Shown here: piece by piece, positions 1-8,735 of the stretch
Layout of the letters: each line of letters begins with the position of its first letter
Position numbering within the stretch: position 1 is the first letter of the stretch
Assembly: GCA_963693365.1 (NCBI GenBank)
Contig: CAVNZM010000005.1
Span: 10,315,728 to 10,379,727, forward strand
DNA length: 64,000 nucleotides
Source: Amoebidium appalachense
Taxonomy: Eukaryota; Protista; Ichthyosporea
Reading direction: 5' to 3'
Notes under the pieces: model-generated
The model's database searches: none
What the model was told of the DNA's origin: nothing
The model's input: the letters and a program-made list of their open reading frames with translations, nothing else
Made by a program: the position numbers and the translations under genes

Positions 1-83
1 AAAGCAGCATGATACACAGATACTTGGTTTATTTCGTGCATGAACTTCTCCCGGAAGCACATCAAACAACTTCCAAGCCCTCC

Positions 84-190
84 CATGCTAACACCATCCC
101 ATCAAACCAACCCCCATCTAGCTCATGCTAACACCATCCCATCAAACCAACCCCCATCTAGCTCATGCTAACACCACCCCATCAACCCCC
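84..190 (+). repeat. 40-bp tandem repeat, about 2.6 copies
   Basis: CATGCTAACACCATCCCATCAAACCAACCCCCATCTAGCT starts at 84, 124 and 164 (third copy partial). Confidence 0.9.
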
Positions 191-337
191 CCCCCCCCCC
201 TCAGCCCTCACTCAAGCTCCGCAACAACCTTCATCACCCAATCATACCCCTCCCGCAGGCGCTGCTCAATCATCTCCATGTCCTGAACAAAATAGTGGTT
301 GCCCTCATCCCACCAAACGGGAACCTCCACCGCCCAC

Positions 338-1066
338 TCATCGATCGATGCCGCAAGAGCAGAGTCTCTCTCCTCCGCCCCCCACACATCGTCCGAGTCG
401 ATACGTTTCCCGGGAGGGTACTTCGGATCCCTCTGCACTCAACAGAAATATCTCGCACTGCCGGAGCACGTTGCCACTTGCAAGCTCCCCGGGTGTGAGT
501 GCAAAGGGGACGAGGTTTGGACGGGGAGAACCGGGGGGGCGGGGAACGTAGGCGAACTGGCCGGGCCCCTCCCCGCCCTGGCGGCGGTGGACACGTTCGG
601 CAATCCGATGGCGCAGCGCTTGCTTGTTGCGCTCCACAGCATCCTCCGCCGACCAAAAACCCACATACCCGCCCTTAACCGCCCGAGCCGCCTCTGCCAT
701 GTCGTGGAGCGCCTGCGCCACCGCCCGTGCTTTAGCCGCGCCCACGACGTTGCGCCCAGGCTGCTGCAGGTACTGGCGCAGACCCGGCACGACGGACTGT
801 GCAGCCACGGCGCACCCCCCGAACTCCGTGACCAACGGACGCACCTTGTCGCGCGCGGGCCCGACGGCGTTCTCTGCGGCGACGAGGGCAAGGATGGCGT
901 CCTGGCAGTGGTTTAATTCCCTGCACACCTTCACATGCGAGGGGATCTGGTCGCTGTGCATGTCAGCGACACAAGCGCGGCACTTGACCATGTATTTGTC
1001 CTTGGTGTTCTTAGTGAAAAGGTGATCGGTCAGCCATTTGTAGCTGCGCTTGCCTACTTGTTCCAT
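338..1066 (-). CDS. Hypothetical protein with N-terminal zinc-finger-like motif; C-terminus may continue in the 208-438 frame
   Basis: ATG at 1066 (MEQVGKRSYKWLTDHLF...VKCRAC...SHVKVC). CxxC...HxxxC spacing is BED/C2HC-like. Confidence 0.55.
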   Translation of the reverse strand: MEQVGKRSYKWLTDHLFTKNTKDKYMVKCRACVADMHSDQIPSHVKVCRELNHCQDAILALVAAENAVGPARDKVRPLVTEFGGCAVAAQSVVPGLRQYLQQPGRNVVGAAKARAVAQALHDMAEAARAVKGGYVGFWSAEDAVERNKQALRHRIAERVHRRQGGEGPGQFAYVPRPPGSPRPNLVPFALTPGELASGNVLRQCEIFLLSAEGSEVPSRETYRLGRCVGGGGERLCSCGIDR

Positions 1067-1690
1067 GGTGTGTGTGTGTAGAAATGGGGGTGCAAAGCGA
1101 AAAATCAGTAAAAGGCGACCTAACAAGCGACTTCAAAGCCTTTGATGTTGACACTACAGAAGGTGTGTGAAAGTGACACCCTATCAGCTGTGCCGTGCCC
1201 TTAGAAGCCAATTCCCAACTGATGCTGACGAAATGATATCCAGTCACGCGTTTGATTGGGAGAATGCTTTCAGATCCAGATCACCAAACTGCACGATTGG
1301 CTGCTGGGGATTGGATCACACCCAATTCAAGATCCAATCAGATCCTGCGAAGAGCAGGCAATGCCAGTGCTTCAAGATTTTTCAATGACAGCTGATGCCT
1401 TTTTCTCTTCTATCCCTTAGAACCAAACATAAGAATAAAATCAAACGTTTTATACCCAATTTCATATTCAAGATAGTTTTATAAACAATTTGGTCACATT
1501 TCAAACAGAAATCACGAAGAAATAGTCCTATCAACGATTACAAACAGATTCTGAAACCTTGGTCAGGATCTTGAACGCTTTCGACCAATCAGATCGAATA
1601 GCGGGGTAGCCAACTGCGCGCTGCTTTGGCCGTTTATTGGCACACCTGGCGCTGCTTTGGAACGAAGTTGTGGTTCCGGGTTGCCTGTTC

Positions 1691-1780
1691 CGGGGCCTGG
1701 GGGGGGCGCCTGTGGCACACAGACCCGTGAGACCACTGTGCCTTCCGTGCCTCGCGTGCCCCTCATGCCCCCAGGCCCCG
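1691..1780 (+). repeat. Intergenic hairpin element, copy 1
   Basis: CGGGGCCTGGGGG...CCCCCAGGCCCCG arms around a GTGCCT-repeat core, similar to the copies at about 3887 and 4876. Confidence 0.75.
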
Positions 1781-2042
1781 CTCCTAGGAAAAAGCAATCG
1801 GCGAACAGGGTCCACCCCCGGCACCTGTTCTCCAAGGATCCGGGAGACATGGTTGGGGATGCCATGGTGTTCTCTTGGGTTCCGGGAGACATGGGGGGGA
1901 CCGGCGATGCTGTTCTCTAGCAAAATGCGGGCCAAACGTTCATGGGCACTGCCGTGTTCTCTCTGGTTTGTGGAGAAATCGGTGGACTGGGTAGGGGGGC
2001 AGGAGAACAGGGTGGTGAACGCGCAGGTGGATATGGGCCGGG

Positions 2043-2909
2043 TTGTTGCCGTGTGACGTAAAGGTCGATTTTGATAGTTTGTGGTACTTTATCTGTCGGT
2101 TCAACACCGTGATGTCTCAACTCAGCGAAGGGGCGGTTGTGCGCTGCCTCCACCTGGTGCGCACGTTTTTGGATAACGATAAGAGCAGCGCTTTGTTCAT
2201 GCAGGGATACACAACGCACCACCTAGTGTTATACATCAAGCACCTGATGGAATTGGAAATAAACGAAAAGGTCCCAGTCGAACACATTGAGAGGCTGATC
2301 TCCTGCCCCGATGAAATGTCCGAACACACGCGCTCATCGAAGAAACTGAAAAACGTCGTTATAGCAGTTCGCGAGCTGTTCCCCACACCGTGGGTTTGGA
2401 AGGGGATTGATCCAGGCACGTTTACGGTGGAGCTCGCTAGGGAGGTCCATCGCAAGGTCATGGACGGGCTGCTCGATAGCGCTGGACGGTATCGGGTGCG
2501 CTTTGCGCTTCCCGCAGGCTGCAGTCATCAGTACCTTGCACCGTTCAAGATCGAAGAGGCTCTCAAGCGCCTGTTCGAAAGGACACGCATTGAACTCCAA
2601 GGCTGCAATGACGTTCTCGGTGCCATACAGGTCACTGCCCGTTTCCTCGGGGAGTACCTCTACATCCACCCGTTCAGCAACGGCAACGGGCGCGTCGCCC
2701 GTCTGTTGGTCAGCGTGCTGCTCTCGCCCTATATTGCCGTTCCTCTCTCGTTGTACACAGACCGCAGCTCCCGCGAGCGCTACCACTCGCTGCTGCTGGC
2801 CGCGCAGAGCCAGCCGCCCCCCCACGACTACTCCGAGCTGGCGGCCTTCGTGCTGGACTGCGCAAGGGCAAACCTGGTCTCGGTGTGCAACGCCCTGGAT
2901 TTGGAATGA
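2043..2909 (+). CDS. Fic/Doc domain protein (putative AMPylase)
   Basis: Canonical motif YIHPFSNGNGRVARLL (HPFxxGNGRxxR) with upstream HRKVM...AGRYR. First in-frame ATG is 2112; the true start may lie further 5' across a frameshift at about 2040. Confidence 0.92.
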   Translation: MLPCDVKVDFDSLWYFICRFNTVMSQLSEGAVVRCLHLVRTFLDNDKSSALFMQGYTTHHLVLYIKHLMELEINEKVPVEHIERLISCPDEMSEHTRSSKKLKNVVIAVRELFPTPWVWKGIDPGTFTVELAREVHRKVMDGLLDSAGRYRVRFALPAGCSHQYLAPFKIEEALKRLFERTRIELQGCNDVLGAIQVTARFLGEYLYIHPFSNGNGRVARLLVSVLLSPYIAVPLSLYTDRSSRERYHSLLLAAQSQPPPHDYSELAAFVLDCARANLVSVCNALDLE

Positions 2910-2940
2910 AGCGTCAGCTCTTATCGCGCCCTACATCAAC

Positions 2941-3816
2941 ATGGACACACCCTCCCAAGCCAGGACACGTGTGCGGATCCTGCTGCCCGGGGGCGGCGTC
3001 AAGGGCTGCTTCCAAGTCGGGTTCATGCAGGGGATGCTCGCGTCGGGGCTGTACCAGGTCGACAGGGTGTACGGCACGTCCGTCGGCGCGCTGGTGGCGC
3101 CGTTCGTGGTTGCCGACCGCCTGGACGACCTGGCGCGCGAGCTGGGGACGCTGAAGTGCGTGGAGGACATTGTGGAACCGTGGGGCGGCGCAATGGCGCT
3201 GCTTCCGAAAAGCTGGAGGACGGTTGTGGGGTCATTGCTGTACGGGGCGGCGTACAGCCGCTTCACCCTGCAGGAGCGTGCGGCGGCGCTTCTGGAGGGC
3301 ATCGACGCGGACATCTACACGCGCTGCCACTGCGTCGCCTGGGACTTCCTCAACAAGAAGGAGCGGTGGTTCACAGGGCCCGAGTACCAGGTCGGCATGC
3401 GCGCGTCTTCGGCCCTTCCACTCGCGGTCCCCCCCGTCGAGTACGGCGGCACCGTGTTTCTGGACGGCGGGGTCTCTGAGCTGGTGCCCCTCACCAAGGC
3501 ACTCGAGGATGCCGCAGATGGGTTCGACGGCATCTACGTCACGGTGCTGTGCGACTCGCTGGCGCACTGCCCCGCAGAATCCGTGCCAAAAACGGGCATG
3601 GAGCTCTGCTATGCTCTGCAGCGTGACTCGGGCACCGAGCTGGCGGCCACCGAGTTCGCCAACCTCCGCACCCGCCTCGGAGACCGCCTCGTGGTGGTCG
3701 CTCCGGAGCGGAGGCTGTTTGGTTCGCCCATGGACGTCGACCCCGGGAAGGTCGCGCGGGCGCTTGCGGATGGCCGCACGGCGTTTGCTGCCTGGGCCGC
3801 CGCCGCACGTCAATAA
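2941..3816 (+). CDS. Patatin-like phospholipase
   Basis: LPGGGVKG oxyanion loop, YGTSVGA nucleophile elbow (GxSxG), ASSALP, and FLDGG catalytic Asp. ATG at 2941. Confidence 0.93.
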   Translation: MDTPSQARTRVRILLPGGGVKGCFQVGFMQGMLASGLYQVDRVYGTSVGALVAPFVVADRLDDLARELGTLKCVEDIVEPWGGAMALLPKSWRTVVGSLLYGAAYSRFTLQERAAALLEGIDADIYTRCHCVAWDFLNKKERWFTGPEYQVGMRASSALPLAVPPVEYGGTVFLDGGVSELVPLTKALEDAADGFDGIYVTVLCDSLAHCPAESVPKTGMELCYALQRDSGTELAATEFANLRTRLGDRLVVVAPERRLFGSPMDVDPGKVARALADGRTAFAAWAAAARQ

Positions 3817-3886
3817 ACCCGGGTCCAGTCCATATCTGCCACCCATCCGGGCCTGGGGGGCTGGGGGGGGCTGGGGGGGGGCTGGA

Positions 3887-3979
3887 GGGGGCTGGGAGGG
3901 GCTCCTGTGGCGCACGTGCCACGCGTGCCTCCTGTGCCTCGCGTGCCTCGCGTGCCTCACGCGCCCCCTCCCAGCCCCC
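3887..3979 (+). repeat. Intergenic hairpin element, copy 2
   Basis: GGGGCTGGGAGGGG...CCCCTCCCAGCCCC arms; core GCCACGCGTGCCTCCTGTGCCTCGCGTGCCTC. Confidence 0.8.
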
Positions 3980-4124
3980 CAAGCCCCGCGCAGTGTCTAT
4001 GCAAGTTGTTTGAGACATATTGCAAGACCTGCTTGCTCACTGGCGCCAGGTTTATTGGGTGATGGTCCAATGCACCTTTGCCCCAATGGTGGGGTGGTGG
4101 GGTGGTGGGGGCCTGGGGGCGCTC

Positions 4125-4811
4125 CTAATCCTGAAAGATCCTTGAAGCCCACAGGTAGTAGCAGTCTGACTTGCCACTGGCACCTGTTGGTGGGTGCAGT
4201 GGCCATTTGCAAACTCTAGGTTCGAGCGTGCATTTTGTGTGTCCAAGAATTTTTGTAATGGCCATCCCGAATGCCCGAGTGCTTGGCATAGGAGTTTGGG
4301 CAGCGTTGACGTTGTGCCATTCCTGAAAAAGCTGATACAGCCCGGTTGATGTCACGGCACAACCGTTGTGGATGAATGTGAAATTTTCACACCCGTTTCT
4401 GTGTGACAACAGATCCCTTAGGAATTGCATCTCATTGTTAGCTGATGTGCAGACTGCCACTGGCTTTTCGGCCTCCACATCCAGCGCTGGAAGTGGGCTC
4501 CAAATGAGCTGCAAGGTGTCTGGTTCGATCGTGGCTCTGATGCCCAGGAGCGCCATCGTTTCGATCGCCACTTTCAAGCAATCTAGGGACGCAATATCGA
4601 ACAGATGTACCCGAGGTCGATGGTTCGGACAGTAGGCTTGATAGCACAGGACCTGCCCAACGGCGGATTTCCATTTAGAAGCGCGCTTGACTTCGATGAC
4701 TTCCGTGGCCGTCAGCAGGTCGATCCGTCCTGCGGGCGTGCGTACCTCAATGGTTCCACCTTCGAGCTTGGCCAGCCTATCCCTGACATATGACTCGTCG
4801 TAGGTAGCCAT
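4125..4811 (-). CDS. PD-(D/E)xK-like nuclease domain fused to a D5-type C-terminal winged-helix domain
   Basis: EVRTPAGRIDLLTATEVIEVKRASKWKSAVGQVLCY (D...ExK, GQxxxY). C-terminus FLRDLLSHRNGCENF...LYQLFQEW...STRAFGMAITKILG aligns with the helicase C-terminus. Confidence 0.78.
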   Translation of the reverse strand: MATYDESYVRDRLAKLEGGTIEVRTPAGRIDLLTATEVIEVKRASKWKSAVGQVLCYQAYCPNHRPRVHLFDIASLDCLKVAIETMALLGIRATIEPDTLQLIWSPLPALDVEAEKPVAVCTSANNEMQFLRDLLSHRNGCENFTFIHNGCAVTSTGLYQLFQEWHNVNAAQTPMPSTRAFGMAITKILGHTKCTLEPRVCKWPLHPPTGASGKSDCYYLWASRIFQD

Positions 4812-4875
4812 CACTTACAACACAAGAAAATAAAAATCACCCGCAGTCGATTGTTGGTTGCCAGTGGGTGGCTGG

Positions 4876-4968
4876 GGGTGGCTGGGAGGGGCCTGTGTGC
4901 ACCGGTGCCCCGTCAGCCACGCGTGCCTCCTGTGCCTCGCGTGCCTCACGCGCCCCTCCCAGCCACCC
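4876..4968 (+). repeat. Intergenic hairpin element, copy 3
   Basis: GGGTGGCTGGGAGGGG...CCCCTCCCAGCCACCC arms; same core as copy 2. Confidence 0.8.
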
Positions 4969-4971
4969 GGG

Positions 4972-5268
4972 CTAGTTTCGGGTCCGATTCGGGCTCCCCG
5001 GTTCTTTGGTGTGCTGCTGCATGTGCCGCTTGAGGCTCAAGGCATACCGAAACTGACGCCCGCACCCCGCATGCGCGCACACGTGCCGCAGAATCCCCGC
5101 ATGCCTGTCGCTGTGCGCCGCAAAGTTGCTGTTGCGGGTGGTGGAGTAGCCGCAACCGTCGACTGTGCACCGATACACCTTGTACTCCTTGACCATGACT
5201 GGGCCTAGCTCAGACCTGCACGTGCATGGAAACATTATGTTACTGAAGGAACGGAAAATATTTTCCAT
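4972..5268 (-). CDS. Small protein with two C2H2 zinc fingers
   Basis: YRCTVDGCGYSTTRNSNFAAHSDRH and HVCAHAGCGRQFRYALSLKRHMQQH. ATG at 5268. Confidence 0.85.
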   Translation of the reverse strand: MENIFRSFSNIMFPCTCRSELGPVMVKEYKVYRCTVDGCGYSTTRNSNFAAHSDRHAGILRHVCAHAGCGRQFRYALSLKRHMQQHTKEPGSPNRTRN

Positions 5269-5361
5269 GGTCACGGACTCTGTCACTGCAGGTCGCTGCT
5301 GATTTGCCTGAGGGGCTGATGGTGGGTGACCTGTCTCCCTTGCTCCGCAGGCCCGCACGCA

Positions 5362-5373
5362 GGTATATAAGCA
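5362..5373. promoter_or_regulatory. TATA box in the divergent C2H2/helicase intergenic region
   Basis: GGTATATAAGC lies about 95 bp from each divergent ATG. Confidence 0.45.
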
Positions 5374-5460
5374 CGCACCCGACCGGTTCCGGTCACAGTC
5401 TTGATCTTTGCTTCGAGTGTGACAGGCGACGACGAGAAAATATTTTCTATACAACCTGTA

Positions 5461-6894
5461 ATGCTGGCGACACCTACCTCTAAGCGGCAGCGCGGGGACG
5501 CCGAAGCCATGGTCGCCCGCCGCCTATTCCTGGCTACTAACGACGGACAACCACGCTTTGTGTCTTCAAGTTGCATTGGTCGCTGGGCTGACTTGAACCA
5601 CATTATGCAGTTCCTACAGTCAAAGGTGGCAAGTGTGGTACATGCAAGCAACACGTACATCGTCAAGCTCAGCAGCGGCAGCAAGTCAGTTTTTGAGATC
5701 ATGGGGAAGGACGCAGTCGCTACCAAGTTGGCCTCGATGCAGTTTCTGTACATCACAACAGACAAGAAGGGAAACCCAGTGGAGAATTGGTACAAGGGTG
5801 AGAACTACCTGCGCGAGCCTGTGTGCACGTGGTTTGAGCGTATTGTTTTTGACCCCTCCGATCCCAACTGCACCTCCGAGGACAACCTGTACAACTTCAA
5901 CACGTACAAGGGCATGACCTTTGACCCCATTGACGGGTTCAGAGTGGAGATCGACCGGGTGAGACCAATGCTTTGGCATTTGGAGAGGGTGATGGCAGCT
6001 GACAACCCCGTAATGGGAGATTTCCTCACTACCTGGTGTGCCCACATCATCCAACACCCAGGGACCAAGCCCGACAGTTGTTGTCTGTTTATTTCCAAAC
6101 AGGGAACAGGCAAAGGTGTCTTCTGGACCATATTTTCCAAGCTGCTCGGCGAGCGCCTCGTGGTCACCGTGAACAGCAAGCATCGCTTGGTCGGAAACTT
6201 CAACAACCACTTGGCAGACAGGCTGTTGGTGCTGGTGGATGAAGTCATGTTTGGTGGTGAACATGCAGTCAACAACCAGCTCAAGAACATGATAACCGAT
6301 ACCACCATGGTAATCGAGCGTAAGGGTATTGACTCAATGACCCGCCGGTCTTGCGAACGTTACGTCTTCATGTCAAACGAAGAGTGGCCGCTGCGCGTTG
6401 AGGCAAGCGACCGAAGAAGCGCCTGTTTCGAAGTGTCACCTATGAAAGTCGGTGATTCCGAATACTTCAGCAACCTCAGGGCCCACTTTGACGACAAAAC
6501 TAACCTTGAGCACCTTTTTCATTTCTTCTACCAGCATCGCCCAAACGGAAATCCCGTGGCTTTGTTCCTTCCACCACCCGATTCCACACTCAAGGACGAG
6601 CTAAAAGCCATGTGCCGCGACGACTACGTTACCTTCCTGAAAGATCTTGTGGCCTGTCGGAATGGATGCGAACACATGGGTGTCTCTGATGGAACAGTCA
6701 CCGACTCAGCGAATATGCTGAATTTGTTCAAGGAGTGGTGCGAGAAAAACGGCAAGGACCCCAAAAGAGCAAGCTTGACCATAATGGGCAGAACACTCAA
6801 AAGGGTGTTTGGCGAAAGGGTTTCAGTTCACGTCCCCAACTCCACCCCCACCAAAGGCTACCGGGTAGCTTTTGCCAAGGTCGTAGAACATTAA
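5461..6894 (+). CDS. D5-like / DUF5906 superfamily 3 helicase with C-terminal winged helix and no primase domain
   Basis: Walker A SKQGTGKG, Walker B LVLVDE, LKNMITD...IERKGID, motif C YVFMSN, Arg finger SDRR; upstream FDP...FNTYKG; C-terminal LFKEWCEKNG...MGRTLKRVFG. Confidence 0.92.
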   Translation: MLATPTSKRQRGDAEAMVARRLFLATNDGQPRFVSSSCIGRWADLNHIMQFLQSKVASVVHASNTYIVKLSSGSKSVFEIMGKDAVATKLASMQFLYITTDKKGNPVENWYKGENYLREPVCTWFERIVFDPSDPNCTSEDNLYNFNTYKGMTFDPIDGFRVEIDRVRPMLWHLERVMAADNPVMGDFLTTWCAHIIQHPGTKPDSCCLFISKQGTGKGVFWTIFSKLLGERLVVTVNSKHRLVGNFNNHLADRLLVLVDEVMFGGEHAVNNQLKNMITDTTMVIERKGIDSMTRRSCERYVFMSNEEWPLRVEASDRRSACFEVSPMKVGDSEYFSNLRAHFDDKTNLEHLFHFFYQHRPNGNPVALFLPPPDSTLKDELKAMCRDDYVTFLKDLVACRNGCEHMGVSDGTVTDSANMLNLFKEWCEKNGKDPKRASLTIMGRTLKRVFGERVSVHVPNSTPTKGYRVAFAKVVEH

Positions 6895-6911
6895 ACACCA
6901 TGACGGTGCTA

Positions 6912-7175
6912 ATAGACACATAGACAGCTAGACACTTGACCCCGTACCTGTGGTAGGATGCCCCATGGACACCATTTGTATAGTAGGAATCGGATATTTT
7001 TACTCTTCCCCCCCGACCGCCAATCCTGCTGTCTATGTGTCTATCTGTCTATGAACTCCTTATTTCATATATGTATTAACTATATTTATATATAAAAATG
7101 TATAGACACATACTAGTCACAAGCATTCCTCTAGACAGATCCGCTAGACAGGTCCATAGACACCTTCTAGACACC
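6912..7175. promoter_or_regulatory. Origin-like iteron module A (TAGACA)
   Basis: TAGACA at 6913, 6921, 6929; inverted TGTCTA at 7030, 7038, 7046; AT-rich 7060-7102; TAGACA at 7103, 7132, 7145, 7157, 7168. Confidence 0.7.
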
Positions 7176-7275
7176 ATCGAAAAATGTCAACCGGGCAACC
7201 AACTCGTGTGAAGTCCGCCTGGTGCGGCCCAGGAATAAAAATTACAAACTTACCCCCCCCCCCACCCCCCCCCCC

Positions 7276-7530
7276 CTACCACCTGTACACCAGCACGCCG
7301 GCCAGCAGCACGAGCAGCACCATGCATGCAAGCGCTATGCCCCTCCACATCGAAGCGCTCTTGAGCTGTGCATCATGGTCGTCCAATGAAGTGCCCATGT
7401 AGAGCATGAAGCGCGTGTTGTTGTCGATGGTCAGGTGGTACTCGTGCGGGTCGGCGGCAATGTCATCCCTGCGCACCCACGAGTTACTCGGGTTGTCAAA
7501 TCTCAGGTTTGCAATGTTCGGAGAAGTCAT
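7276..7530 (-). CDS. Small protein with a C-terminal transmembrane helix
   Basis: MTSPNIANLRFDNP...WRGIALACMVLLVLLAGVLVYRW. Confidence 0.65.
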   Translation of the reverse strand: MTSPNIANLRFDNPSNSWVRRDDIAADPHEYHLTIDNNTRFMLYMGTSLDDHDAQLKSASMWRGIALACMVLLVLLAGVLVYRW

Positions 7531-7664
7531 ACCTTCCGAAGAGATAGTTTGGAGCGCCCCCTCCCCAGCAACTCGGGGAGCACACACAGAGATTATGCAT
7601 CGCAGTGCTAATGGAACCTAAAAACCGCTGGGACGTAGGGCGCGCCAAGACGGAGGACGCACTG

Positions 7665-8375
7665 CTACAATGATCTTTGGCAACCTTGTTTTTCTTTGTC
7701 ATATATATGGTCAATTTGATAGCTGTTCGATCTTGTGTCCAGAGCGGTGGTTGTAAAAGGCAACAACAACAACCCACTGCAAGTGTCACAAAGGGCACGC
7801 TGTGGGTGCATTAACACAAACAACAAGACCCCCCCCCCCCCCCTGAGCGCCAGCACGCGGCAAGCAGCACGAGCAGCACCATGCATGCAAGCGCTACGGT
7901 CCACAACACAGGTGTGGAAGAGGAAGTGGCAATTTTTATTTACTCCTCGTGTCCAGCACGGCCGCGCTTCTCGGTGGGCGCCGAAGTGTCCTCGGGCGAC
8001 CGCGCGCGCTTCTTCTCGGGGGGGCTTCTTGTCGAGGCGCTCCTCCTCGGAGCTCAAGATGCAAATGGGGCGCTCCTCGGCGGGGTACTCCTCGGCGGAG
8101 GACTCCTCGGGGTCGCTGAGGTTCTTCAGGGTCCTCCATGTCATACGGTACAGGCTCACGCTGGCCTTGAGGTGCAGATACTTCTTGCGCAGCACCTTGT
8201 ACTTGCGCCGCAGCTCCAGCTCGCTGGCGCGCGCACGGTCGAGGTCACGCTTTGCCTCCTCGTACAGGTACTGCTGCCATTCGGGAGGCCACGCGGCAAA
8301 TGACCCTGGGGGCCGTGGACTGGCAGGCTGCTCGGCTGGGTCAGGGCCGGCCTTTGGAGATGGTGGACCGGACAT
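7665..8375 (-). CDS. Coiled-coil hypothetical protein (true end probably about 7936 after a homopolymer frameshift)
   Basis: WPPEWQQYLYEEAKRDLDRARASELELRRKYKVLRKKYLHLK. The frame after the G7 run at about 8018 gives RRSARGRPRTLRRPPRSAAVLDTRSK* followed by AATAAA. Confidence 0.6.
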   Translation of the reverse strand: MSGPPSPKAGPDPAEQPASPRPPGSFAAWPPEWQQYLYEEAKRDLDRARASELELRRKYKVLRKKYLHLKASVSLYRMTWRTLKNLSDPEESSAEEYPAEERPICILSSEEERLDKKPPREEARAVARGHFGAHREARPCWTRGVNKNCHFLFHTCVVDRSACMHGAARAACRVLALRGGGGVLLFVLMHPQRALCDTCSGLLLLPFTTTALDTRSNSYQIDHIYDKEKQGCQRSL

Positions 8376-8735
8376 TGTCGGTGAAGAGAAACAGGAAGAG
8401 TGAAAAGTGTCAGCATAGCGCTGAGTCGCGGCTTTAATTGCCTGCCAGGCTGACAGCTATCGCGTTTTGATTGGATGGACATGATATATCTGATCGAGTC
8501 AAAATTGACCAATTACAAGAGACGATCGGAATTTATATGTACTATCCAATCGCGACTGACCATTCAGCGCGTGAGACGTAATCTATCAATAAGATGATCT
8601 CCAATCTGATCGCGCCGTGGGCATGCCATACCAGTGCTTTACTGACCGGAGAGCCACATATAAAAGCGCTAGGTCGAGGCTGATCCCTGTCACTTTCACT
8701 ATCCTCTCATTCGGGCGCGCGCTCTCACTACAGAA

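Noticed and set aside
2407-2940. N-terminal extension of the patatin ORF (469 aa)
   Set aside because: It overlaps the Fic gene in another frame and starts at a non-ATG codon; the patatin fold begins after ATG 2941.
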